From the NCBI RefSeq assembly GCF_008831285.2, contig NC_045138.2:37696001-37760000 (forward strand): 64,000 nucleotides of DNA, read 5' to 3'. The notes beneath the pieces are model-generated. The model saw only the letters and a program-made list of their open reading frames with translations. It was not told where the DNA came from and searched no databases. Shown piece after piece: positions 52,507 to 64,000 of this stretch (its first letter is position 1; every line of letters begins with the position of its first letter). This DNA comes from Nymphaea colorata (Eukaryota). The translations under genes were made by a program, and so were the position numbers.

Positions 52507-55500
52507 AGCTGCAATTAAGAAACAGAGATTAGCATCACGAACCAAAATGTTGGCTCAATTCTAAAAGTTAAACCAGACTCAAGAATGTCTTGCCATAGCT
52601 ACTGAAAATACAAAGGCAACCCCCTCCTTTTGTTGTTATCCAATCATTTCATGTATCAATGAACCCACCATCTCAAGGATGAAGGAACTTTGCTCTCTCA
52701 AATTCTAAATTTTCTTTCAAGCTCGAGATGCTATCGTCGTGACAATCCTCAGTTCCTACAACCACAGACAATGATTTAACCTAGACAATACCCAGCAACA
52801 GTATATAACTACTGAAGGTCCAGTCAATTTAAAATTTCTAAGTAGGAATCTCAGAATCCTCAATATATATTGTTCGTTTACATAAGCAGAACATTAAAAA
52901 ATCAATATGTAGTTTAGGGAAAAATTGCATCTTCTGTTTTGCAAATTGGACAACAGATGATATCAGGAACAGGATGTTCATACAAAAGCGATAAAAGAAG
53001 TCACATGTAGAAACAAAAGTCACTAGATTCGCATTCAGCCATTCACAAAGCAAAATGAGGGATGGAGAAAAAAGGAGGATCAGACTGACCAAAATGAACT
53101 GTTCGCCAGCTTAAAATGTCAATGTTAACCACCATATGTTGCCCTAACAAAATTTTGAAGAGGCCAACCCAATGATAAAACCAAATCCTTGCACCACTAA
53201 CAAAATATGACGCTGAACTAGTCTTTCTTTGTTTTACTCCTTTTAGTTTCTTCAACTACAAATCCAATTTAAGAAAACTTGGTTCATTCATGGCTGTCAG
53301 AAAAGCAGAAGCACTGGATGGAATACTGATGGACAATAAGCTAAACCTTTACTCCACCATAATGCCATCTCCCTCTCCTCATGTGTATCCCTATGCTAAG
53401 TCATTCCTATTATAGTTTAATCATATACACATCTAAAGCATAGAGGAGATACTAGATACATGAGTGCACATAAAAAAAGAGACTCAGGGGAAGAATGGAG
53501 CAGAGCAGGGGAGAAAGATGCAAATAAAAATGTGTCACATATTCATAAGGACTCAGATCAGCAAAAATCAATGGTAGCAAAGGCATAACAAAGAAGAAAC
53601 AGACATTACTTCAATTGAAATCAATGGCTCCAAGCAGACAACCATCATAGACATGAAAGTAGCATCCGAGTAAAGATATAGTGAACACACTGAAAAAATG
53701 CAAAAAACCAGAATACATGATGTATAGTTCTCTAAAAGACCACCTGAGAACCCTCCACCAGATGCCAAACTGAGAGGAGACCAAAGGTCAATCTTGGCAA
53801 GAATGAGTAGAATGATGGGCACAAAAAGAAAAGAAGCAATAAAAGGTAAATGAAGCAAAACCTCCATGATCAAGTTCTCTGTAAGTAGCAGCAGAGACGA
53901 GCAAGAGTAACTAACCCAATTGTAGCCTCTGAAAAATGGGGGAAAAGACGGGCAACGCGTAACAAAGCAGCCTTGGCATTTAGAATAAACTAGTCTCATG
54001 AAAATTAGGAGGTGAATCTGGTTGAATTGAAACCTCTGTTGGCAACAAAAGGAAGCAGAGGGCACTCTCTTGTGCAGTTTTCAGGCACCTGCACTAGATT
54101 CCAGAATAGGAGACAAAGAACGAATCCCTAGGTTTGCAGTGAGAACCTGAGCTATTGATCTTCAAGATGCAGCTAGCTTTCGACAGTCTCATTTGAAGAT
54201 GTGTGGCGATCGCAATGGCTATTTTGGGAAAAAGAGAAAGAGAGGGAGAGAGGGAGAGAGAGAACGAAAGTATTATAACCGTGCAGAATATGGCCGACAA
54301 AGGGTTGACTACATTCCATAAAATACAAAAGGAAGAGGCTACTGCAGCTCAATTATGCAACTGTTGCAGAAACGTAGCAGACCACCATGGGCCAGAACCA
54401 GAACAGAAACAACGATAGGATCATAGGTTGACATCACAGAATATAAGTCTAGACAATGCTGTGGGGAAAGGAGATGCTTCCGATGGTACGCATCATTTTT
54501 GATACACCAAATGCGCCATCAAGTAGTGAACAACCACGAGATCCACAAAATCTCATTTACTTATACTAGACAAAACCCTAATGATTGCAGAATCACTGAC
54601 GAAAAGATATGGATCAATGGATGTTCCAAGTCTCCTGAAAAATTCACTGCATAAGATGACACGACCAAAACAAATGCATAGATGTTTCCTCTTGAATGCC
54701 AGATAAACGGCATCAACTAGCAAGTTGGAAACCAGACTTTTTAAGGGTAGTTTCAACCTGGAGTCTATCGTCTAAGGCATGCCATGCCAACCCAGTATGT
54801 AACCCTGCATTTTTAACAAAATAAATTGACATATTCATTTTGGAAATTAATTATATTTATTTTTAGTTGTTGCAGATCGGCAGTTTCCCCTACATTAGCC
54901 CATGTTTGATTTGGTGAGTTTCAAAATTAAATATTAAAAAAAACTGCCCTATAAACATTTTAAAAGGAATCGTTCAACGGGGGAAAAGGGTTACTCCTTT
55001 CTCTACTTTCTTATTCTTCTTGCTCTGTTCTTCTCTCTCATCGTTGTGGGTTGTGGATATTGTGGGTTTGGTTACAACAGAGAGGTGCTTTATCTTCTCT
55101 TCTGTTGATTCTATATGCAAAAATTTAGAACACGATCATATAAAAGCATCGCAGCCTCAGTGTAGAGTTTTGTCTCTCTCTCCTACGCATGCATACTGTG
55201 TTAATAGAAGAGGTCAGCGCACGAATATTTGATTTTCTTCAAGTGTGTATGTGCATACAAAAATGTGAATTATGAACATGACATAAAATGCATCATATCC
55301 ATTAATGTGCTTATGTTCTTGCAAGTTAAATTTTTATAACTACATCTACCCTCAGCATGATGGCATGAAATGTATATACGATGCTAACTTCAGTATGCAA
55401 GCAGAAACATTATCTATCTCGTGCACGCTCAGATTCCACATTACAATGTGACATAGATGAGGCAGAAAAAAAAAAAAACACATACAATGTCATAGACGGG

Positions 55501-56820
55501 GCACGGCCGATTGCCTCTGCCATGAGCCCATGACGGCAAGTGGAAGAAAAATATCCGCTGCTTAGCCGATAAAACATAAAAAAACAAGCCCTCCATACCT
55601 TCTTTCCTGTTGATCCTCGTCTTCTGTAGGACTGTTTCTTTGATCTGTTATTGCTATTGCTCTGCTGGATAAAAAGATTCACTGTGGACCTTTAACATGA
55701 AACAAATAGAATGATGAAAATACTAGTAAGCAGAAAGGAAAACCAAACATTTGACCCAGCCGGCCCTGAGCCCCTGGTCCTCAGCGGCCGCCGGAAGGGT
55801 CCGAAAATGGCCGCTGCAAATTCCGGCAGCCCTGCCAGTCAAACCCTTAAAGTTATAAGGGAAAAGAGTGAATAATAAATAAACAGATGAAAAAGAGAGA
55901 GAGAGGGAGAGATTCACCGGCGTCTTGCCGTACTGGTGCGCCGGCGGTCGGAGGCCGGAGTGACCGAAGGAGGCCATGGAACCCTCGTTAAAGAGAATAA
56001 ACGAGAGGGGGAATGGGAGAAACCAGGAGAACATCAAGAAATTTAAAACCCACCCACCACTTTAGCAAACTTTTCACAAACGCTGTTATAAGGGTTCCCG
56101 CCAGATTTTACATAAAAATGATTTCAAAAAGAGGTTCCGGTTCTGCGTTTTGCAGTTTTTAGCCCTCTACGTGTTTACAATTTGTTAAAAGATGGTTATG
56201 CAAGTAAATAAAATGGACTATCCTGCCTTATGCTTTTAAAAATTTCGAAAAGGAGCTTTTTAGACTGATGTTGATTTCCATATTATGCCCATAACCCCAA
56301 AAACTGTGTTCCCACTGTATAACTTGAGGTGCTTTCGTATATTATTTTGTATGAAAAATTTCTGGCTCATACGACTTTTGCCCTTATAAGTGAGGGATCC
56401 TCCATTTAGCTAATATGGTATTTTGGTAATTTCAAGTTTATAACATGTGCCATAATATATTATCTGTCCTGTCTTGTACTAGTTTTTAGCAAAACTCGCA
56501 ATTTAACCTTTCATTTTATTTCTATGGGAGGGTTCTCCATGCTCAAATTTAACTCGTGAAAATCTAGGCATGGTTATTGGTTCGTATAGTTTTTGATAAA
56601 AAATGCTTATGAAAAATGAGAGTTGAAAGAAAAAAATTTGAGTTGAAAGAAAAAAATTTGGCATTCGAGTTGAAAGGTGTACCGCCCGCTGCTATCGCTA
56701 GAGCTGACGTAACTTACGACCTCGAAAGCAATTGGAATAAGGGGCCTTAAGGATCATTGTTTTTGTCGTTGTTACAGGTGTCATTAAAATTTAGGGTTTA
56801 CCCCCTTGTCCCATACATCA

Positions 56821-57078
56821 TTTATTTTTTATTTTTAAGATATATTAATTTATTTTAACTTTAATAAACTTTTATATGTTTTTCATTTTTTAAAATTTAA
56901 TTACTTCCAATCGGTCCATTTGATTCGATTTTTTATTTTTATTAAATGTTCGAACCACAGCCACCTTATTTCATCTACCCAATCATGTGAAAACAAGTGG
57001 GCAACACTCTTCGTGAGTCTTCGTCATAGAATTTAATTAAAGAAAAAAAGTAAAAATGATATATGAAATAATCTCATG

Positions 57079-57148
<70 letters not shown>

Positions 57149-57950
57149 TAGGTGGGGGATGTATATTTGTCAAGATCCAATGCCTGCTGAAACCGAGTTC
57201 AATCAAATCCAGTTTCCGGCAGAGTCCCACTAATAGGATTAATCAGATTCCGGCTTTCCCAACATAATAAATTAATCTGGATCTGATTTATTCCTCTCAT
57301 TCAATTCATTTTAAGGGCCGGACATCAAATTTTCTGCAGCTTCAAGTTGACACACTGTCCATCCCTTCTCTTCTGTCGCGAAAAATCAATGTCCTGAGAA
57401 TTACTTTGAATCGGTCCACTTGATTTAATTTCTGTTTTTTTATTAATTATTCGGACAGGAGTTACCTCATTTCAGGAACCCAATCATGTGAACACAAGTG
57501 GGCAGTACTGGAGTCTCTCATGTAGCCTTCATAGATAAGAGAAATTAATTAAAGAAAAAAATAATATCATATATGGAGAAAAATGATAAAAGTCCCCTCC
57601 CCACCAATGTAAAGCAAGTGTGCAATACTCATACTCTTTATGAAGTATTTATTGTAGAAATCAATTAAAGAAAAAAGAAATTTCTATGTGGAGAAAAATG
57701 ATAAGGAAGATTGAAAAACCTTTCCCCCATCAATGTGAAAGCAAGTGTACCGTACTTCTAAGTGAAAAATAAAATAAAATTATATATGGAGAAGAATGAT
57801 AAAGAAGATTGGAAAATCATCTCCTTCTTTATTTACATAGAGATCATTTCAGGTATTTGGTGCACCTCTGTTTCTCTCGGGCAATCGATCTTCCTATATA
57901 TATTGTTGATATTCTGGAGGGTTGAGAGTGGGGGCTCGAGTTTTGTGTTG
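56821..57950 (+). repeat. Diverged, internally reiterated duplicate of the ENODL promoter/5' leader (source ~45770-46240)
   Basis: Shared blocks: AATTACTT..AATCGGTCCA (45837, ~56899, ~57399); GGAGAA.AAT.ATAA..AAGATTGGAAAA; TCTTTATTTACATA..GAGAT..TTCAGGTA..TGGTGCA; TCGAG....TGTGTTG ending at 46240 vs 57950. Confidence 0.8.
57082..57144. repeat. (AT)n microsatellite
   Basis: Read directly from the sequence. Confidence 0.95.
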
Positions 57951-57977
57951 CATTCAGAGGCTCCCAAAGAATCATGG

Positions 57978-59235
57978 AGAATGATTTTCTTTTCCTTGCT
58001 TGTTGGTATTTACCAAGGTTGGCTTATTCAAAGGATGCTTTGCCGCCTCCTCTCGTCGCTTTTTCACTCTTCAAGCGCCCGTTTTCCATGTGATATTGGT
58101 GTTTTCAGGCACAGAGGAGAGAAAGAAAAGCAGACAAAGGAAAAGAGAACAAAAGGTTGGTGGCGGTCCGGTATTTGTAGAACTGCCATTTCTTCTCTTG
58201 AAATTTGCGGGATTTTTTTTGTTTCACAAAAGAAAAGAAGCCGATGTTTTAGGGGGAAGATGTTGTCATCACCTACATGCTTCGCTTACATTTACTGTGT
58301 AATACTGCATGAGGGACTCGCTTTCTTTTTCATCATATGAATTATTGTGGAGGAGAAGAAGACTCTCTGCATTGGGGTGGGGATTCTGGGCTCTAGGAAG
58401 GGAGTGAAAACCAGATATGATGTTTAAGCTGTGGTCTTGACATGGGTGTTCTCGCTTTGTTTACCGATTGGGGAAATGAACCCGTAAGTTGATACTGGCC
58501 TTACAACTCTCCCTGACCCTTCATCTCCTCTACTACACTCGCCATACTCTGCAATTCATTGTTCTTGAATCTCCCACAGACAGCAGACAACATCTGGTCC
58601 TCTCCTCCAACCAGCCGGTTCATTTCCCCAACCCAGTAAACAAAGCGAGAACACGCATGTCACTACCCCCTGCTTAAACCTCTTAACTGGTTTTCCCTTC
58701 CTTCCTAGTCTCCTAGAGCCCATACTCCCCACCCATAAAGGACCAACTCATGAGAGAGGAAACGAAAAGAATGACACCTGCAAGGCAGAGAGCCAGAAAC
58801 CCAAGGGAATTCTTCTTCTCGTTCACAATAATTCATATGATGAAAAAGAAAGTCGGTCCTCTGAGCATTATTGCACAGTAAACGAAGGATGACTTTTCCT
58901 TTGCACATTCTCTAACTCAAAGCAGGATGATGATGTCTAATGTCTTCCCCCCCAAAACATCAGTCACTTTTCTTTTGTTAAAGAACCCGGCAGTAGGAAG
59001 GGCAGAAATGGCGGTTCTACGAATATTGTAGCACCACCAACATTTTGTTTTCCTCTGTCTGCTTTTGTTTTTTTTTTTTTTCCTGTGTGCCTGAGAACGC
59101 CAACATCACATGGAAAATAGGCGCGCGCTTGCAGAGTGAGAAAGTGACGATGGAAGGTTGCAAAGCCAAGATGAGAGCATCCTCGAATAAGCTAACCATG
59201 GTAAATACCAACAAGCAAAAGAAAGAAAATCGCTC
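57978..59235. repeat. ~1.3-kb imperfect inverted repeat (long hairpin); arms ~57978-58483 and ~58615-59235
   Basis: Colinear reverse-complement blocks include 57996-58015/59199-59218 (20 bp perfect), 58321-58349/58824-58852 (29 bp perfect) and GGGGAAATGAACC/GGTTCATTTCCCC flanking the loop. Confidence 0.92.
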
Positions 59236-59494
59236 AGAGATTGACTGTTTATAATGCATATCTAAAATAAGTGAATGGGTGATGAGAAATTTCCGTGAGG
59301 AAACACGCTTCTGCTGCTTATTATATATGAGGGATTCATGTTCTTTAGATAAGAGACAGCTTTCTTGAACGGTGAACTAAGCTAAGATCACTTCTTAGTT
59401 CATATGTTTCTATACGTTAAAGGGTACTTCCAAATCTGTCTTCGTGACTTTTAGAACATTTATTTCTTATGAATTTATTGCATAAAAGTAAGAA

Positions 59495-59646
59495 ATGACA
59501 ACCATTTGTCAGCAATATGTGCAGGCAGACATGTATCGCCCAAGACCATCCTTATAATGGGCGCTGCTGGTTTTATTGCATCCCATGTTTACAACCGACT
59601 TATCAAAAACTATCCTCAGTATAAAATTGTGGTCCTTGGTAATCTT
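59495..59646 (+). pseudogene. RHM: Truncated, frameshifted 5' fragment of an RHM gene
   Basis: Reads MTTICQQYVQADMY-(1-nt deletion)-PKTILIMGAAGFIASHVYNRLIKNYPQYKIVVLGNL, versus MSTINQQCAHTDMYTPKNILITGAAGFIASHVCNRLIRNYPQYKIVVLDKL at 22931(-). In-frame TAA at 59555-59557. Upstream intron-end similarity is retained, with the acceptor GCAG mutated to GCAT. Confidence 0.9.
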
Positions 59647-61849
59647 TAGTGTGAGCATATGCAGTAGAAGGTTTTGAAGTTACCCACCACAAAGGGGAAG
59701 TTGGCTGATGATGCATAAAATGTACTATTATTTTAATATACTTTTGATGCATTCATCTGCATGAAGTTAAAGTTTAAATCCCATTTTAACATTGCTTTAT
59801 GTTACAATGATTAATGTCTCAAATGTGGTGCAAACCAAGGCTAAAATAAGGGAGATAACATGATTTCAATATTTTGGAGCTATTTTGATGGAAATAGAAA
59901 ACTAGATCCAAATTCAAATGTCAAATCAATCCAAATTATGGTTTAAATATCATACCCAAAATCGTGATCCAAATGAGAAGCAAGTGAAAAAGATATTTGT
60001 TGAAGTTTTTTGCAATTGCATCAAAAAACATGGATTGCATTCGAAATTTTTAATAAATCACTTCGTTAAAAACTTGCGATCGTCTCCGATTACCTTATGA
60101 ACCATGGGCTGGCAGAAATGGTGTAAAGAGCGAGGCGAGGCCAGACGGTGATTGAAGCGTAATCTTCGTGCTCAAATTTGTTCGTTATATAATTAAATAT
60201 AACTAATATAACACAGCATTTTAGCAATTTTTAGAAAAATATAACTAAAATAGCACAACATTGTAAAATATAACCAATTTGTCGTGAGTGTGATTATGAA
60301 CACAACATTTGTTTGTATTCTTACCCACGTTGTAATATTTTTTTGGTTTGTATTCAAATTTCATTCATAAATATTTTAAAATATTTATTAAGACAGACTC
60401 TACGCAATATCATATGCGAGAGGATGATGTGCTAAGAGGAGGTGTGCAGACCGTCAGACGCAAAACACTGCTGCTCATAGCATCACACGCGAGATTTCAA
60501 ATTTAACCTTTTATTCATTTCGGCATGCATCACAGTATCTTTGAACAAGTTTACAAATTATAATAAAAATGTGGTAATATCAATATTGATAATGCTTGTG
60601 ACGATAACAATAATGAAATTTAAAATGTGATAAACTCAGTTGCTAGTTAACTATATATGCATAATGCATTATATGCTAGTTATGTACATGACGTAAAAAA
60701 TAAACCAACTTGAAAATATCTACCCTTTCATTAAAACTGGTAAAATCAGCTCTTTGTATAATATAATTTCAAACCTTCACAAACTGTATTGCACGTAGGT
60801 CACAATGTCGATAACTGAAACAAATTGATGGCAAGGGAACGCATGCAAAACAAAGCACAAGGCTGCATTTTTCGCTTTTTTGTATTTTTCAATTTTAAAC
60901 CGGAAGAAAATGGCTCCGTCCTTGTTGCATATGCCTTCAGGTGCGTTCCTTGGGTTGAATATATTATATTTCTGGAATAGAAGAAATTGAAAAAGATGTT
61001 CACTTTATGAATTAGATAGCCCAGAACAGAAAGAAGGCTTTATAGCATTTATAATTACAGAGACAAATGAATCAAGGAAAGAATATATTAACATACTTTT
61101 AGTTCTTATCTACGAAAAATCCTTGAGAGTGGCTGGTTGCCCAATCTTTCACATATTAGATGTTGTTTCATTAGGAACAATGAGGAAGACATTCGCCCTC
61201 TTTACTCTTCTTCCCTCTTTCGACCCTTTATATCGTTTTATTTTCTTAGAACACTTAAGTCTACCTCTTTGTATCGAGAAAAAGTATACTTTCATATGAG
61301 ATGGAAGGGATCGAATCTTAAGTCCATAGACCTATAATCATGAGGATTTACAATCGAAGGCAACAAACGCCCTGAAAATTTCTGTTTCAGTGCAAGTCTA
61401 CATTGCACATGGGAATGCATTCGGTTCTAGATACTGATAAGATGTGATGGTAATAAAACTAACCAGTTAGTAATGGCATTTTTTTTTTTAAGTGCTAAAC
61501 CGAACAGGTTATTTAGTGGTGTAGTTCGGTAGGCATTAATCTGTTTCTTGAGTGATGTTGCTCCTGTTTTATTCACTTCTTTTTAACGCGGTGGACTGAA
61601 CAAGGCTGGTAGTCGGTAGACCTTTGCTTTTTAGATAAGCTTATAATCATCATTTTGGAACGGAAGTTATCTGAACTGGCAGTGCATGCAAACCCTCTCT
61701 GCACAAGGGAAGAGAGACAGAGGGAGAGAGAGATGGTCAGTGTAATCCCAATGACAAAATTTTGTAGCAATTCCACCACTGAACCTCGAGTAATATGGCC
61801 AGAGTCCCTCACATCTAGAAACAACATAACGTTACATGCGTAGCTTGAC

Positions 61850-63647
61850 TCAAAAGAACCACCATCTTTTCCGCCTTTTCTCTCTCTGCAGCTAAAGAAG
61901 ACCAAAATCAGCCATCAGGTGGTGTAGCAATTAAGAAATGCAAAATGCATGCATGGGGCCTGAACCGATTTGCTTCAAACGAACCACACACAATGCAACA
62001 CATGTAGCACACCAGAATAGACGTATAGATAGAGGCATTGAAATCAGCTGGCTGCCTCCTTGGCCAAACATTTTTCTTTTGTATCGCTAAACACAGTCAG
62101 AAAAAGTGCATTGGCAATGGCAGTTGCTTAGCCACAGTTTTTAGCAACAAAATGTACTTTTTCTGACAGTTTTTAGTGACACAATAAATAGCAACGGAAT
62201 GCACCTTTTGTAACAGTTTTTCGCAACACAAAAGAAAACAAAAAAAAATATCTACCCATAGAGGCAGCTGGCTGATTTCAATACATATATATATATATAA
62301 AAGAGAGAGAAAGAGACACACACACACACCTTTTTAACTTGAGAATCAACAATTATTGGCTTTGGCAGGATGCCTTCTCCTTTCTCTATGAATGGTCGAA
62401 CCTTTTCTTCCAAAAGCTCACTTAACTGAAGTAGGAGAAATAATAACCACATCATGTATCTCTCAGGGTCTCCTCAGACCATCATAGAGCCCGATCTGCT
62501 AAAATAAACTATACTCCCACAGCAAGGAATTTAACAGAAATTAAACGACCCTGCATACCTTGTCTTGCCGCCATTTCGTTTCCCATTGTGCATCCAAGAT
62601 TTTATCAGCCATTTCTCTCTGTGCATTGAGAAGAGTGGTCATTTCAAAAAGTTTCTTGGGATCTTTAAGGTCTTCCTCAGCCCAAGAAGCACCATCCAAG
62701 GGAAGCTTCAAATCCTGTAACAATTGCAGAAAGACCACCACGATCATATTATCCAGTGCACAACATAAATAAGTGCAAATGCATAACAGAGAGAGATGGA
62801 TGAGGACCGCTAGCACAGTGGAGGATGCTACACCAACCTATTGATGGGAATTCGGCTTACTGCAAAGGAAAGGCCATCAGAAATTTTAAATTATGTTTTG
62901 CTCAAAAAGTAGTGTGTTTATGGGTGGAAACTCCTAATGTTGACAATGTTAGGAATAGCTGCTGCTACTGAAGACATCACAGATATGAACTTACACCCCA
63001 GTTGTGTGGCCGAGGTGGAGCATCCAGCTTCATGACTTCAACCTCCAGAGCCTTCTTGGCTTTGTAATAAGGGATGTTTTTCACAATAACAGGATCATCC
63101 CTAGCACGTGCTGGATCTATAGAAATAAGTGCCTGGCAAAAAATGAGTTAGAAATTAGAACCTCTAGGCAAACCAAAAAAGATGACAAATAAATGATTGT
63201 TATTGAAGTTTTATAATGTTTCCATGTTTGACAAAGTATGTATTTAGCATAAAAAATTGCCTGAACAAAAAGGAAAAACCAGCAGATGAGCAGAATACTA
63301 ACAAATCAAATATAATTCTTGTTGACAGGCATCAAAATTGAACCATCAAATTGCACCAGTACCGACAATATAAGCACCATGGTTCCCTTTTAGTTTTAGT
63401 TGTTAGTATTTGTACAGATATTCAGAATGGAACTGAGTGGTTATAGTACAGTAGCGCTTAAGAAATAATACAGTTAAAGGAATGTTAAAGCAACAACAAA
63501 ACCAAATACACACACACATGCAGGAAGAATCTCCTTCTCATGCACTATATGGAGAAAGGCATTTAATTATCTTACATCTTGAACATACTCCCAACCAGGT
63601 TTTCTCATAGCTACAATATCGCGCAGTTGATCGTACCGCATAGACTC
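61850..63647 (-). CDS. EMB2737: EMBRYO DEFECTIVE 2737-like chloroplast protein, last five exons (gene continues beyond window end)
   Basis: Phase-0 exons: 63647-63576 (ESMRYDQLRDIVAMRKPGWEYVQD), 63132-62995 (ALISIDPARARDDPVIVKNIPYYKAKK...PRPHNWG), 62714-62559 (...LLNAQREMADKILDAQWETKWRQDK), 62425-62330 (LSELLEEKVRPFI...), 61885-61850 (REKRRKRWWFF*; alternative acceptor gives 61891). Confidence 0.88.
62037..62282. mobile_element. Foldback/MITE-like element in the last intron of EMB2737
   Basis: ATTGAAATCAGCTGGCTGCCTC / GAGGCAGCTGGCTGATTTCAAT terminal inverted repeats, plus inner pairing of TTTTCTTTTGT..AAAAGTGCATT with AATGCACCTTTT..ACAAAAGAAAA. Confidence 0.7.
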
Positions 63648-64000
63648 CTGAAACAGTACCACAACCATGAGAAATGAGTAAACATCAAAAAACTCATGGT
63701 GTTGTGCACAAGGAACCGATCAAACCCATGTATGAACAGCAGTGCAGTGACAGATCTCGGATCAGGGTGATCCAAGGGAAAGAAATCATGTGATCCATAT
63801 CCTCAAAGCAACTAAAAAATAAAATATATCCGCAAAAATCTCATGCTTTAAAATTTCAAAGAACTTATCTAAAAGTATCATCAAGATCAGCTGTCTACTA
63901 ACGCAGTGTCTAGGTAGTTAAAAGCGCTACGTGGCTCTAGCTAGTGGACCTTCAAAAAGGACCAGGCAGGGCCTAAGCTGGCCAAAAAAGGTAAAAAGAA

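Noticed and set aside
57762..58340. 192-aa ORF across the promoter copy and hairpin arm
   Set aside because: GTG start, low-complexity composition and no known motif; it spans the junction of two non-coding modules.
60185..60700. MULE-like foldback element
   Set aside because: AT-rich ends pair only loosely and no TSD could be defined.

Overview
Eukaryotic nuclear DNA from a flowering plant. It has GT-AG introns, microsatellites and MITEs; the repeat style suggests an early-diverging angiosperm such as Nymphaea, but this cannot be confirmed here. Seven protein-coding genes were reconstructed by hand: a GAUT15-like GT8 galacturonosyltransferase (+, 6 exons), a trifunctional UDP-L-rhamnose synthase RHM (-), a plastid-targeted methyltransferase-like protein with an apparent 1-nt frameshift (-), a PDF1-like proline-rich epidermal protein with an L1 box (-), an ENODL phytocyanin/AGP chimera (+), a PORR-domain WTF9-like splicing factor (-), and the 3' part of EMB2737 (-). 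Mobile DNA includes two hAT-type MITEs with 8-bp TSDs and a ~417-bp TRIM. The most unusual region is a mosaic at ~56.8-59.65 kb. A copy of the ENODL promoter/leader stops exactly where the ENODL ATG would be. It runs into a ~1.3-kb imperfect inverted repeat whose loop is bounded by GTAAGT...CAG, followed by a frameshifted 5' fragment of RHM. This is a candidate natural intron-hairpin small-RNA locus. All alignments were made by eye; no searches or folding were run.
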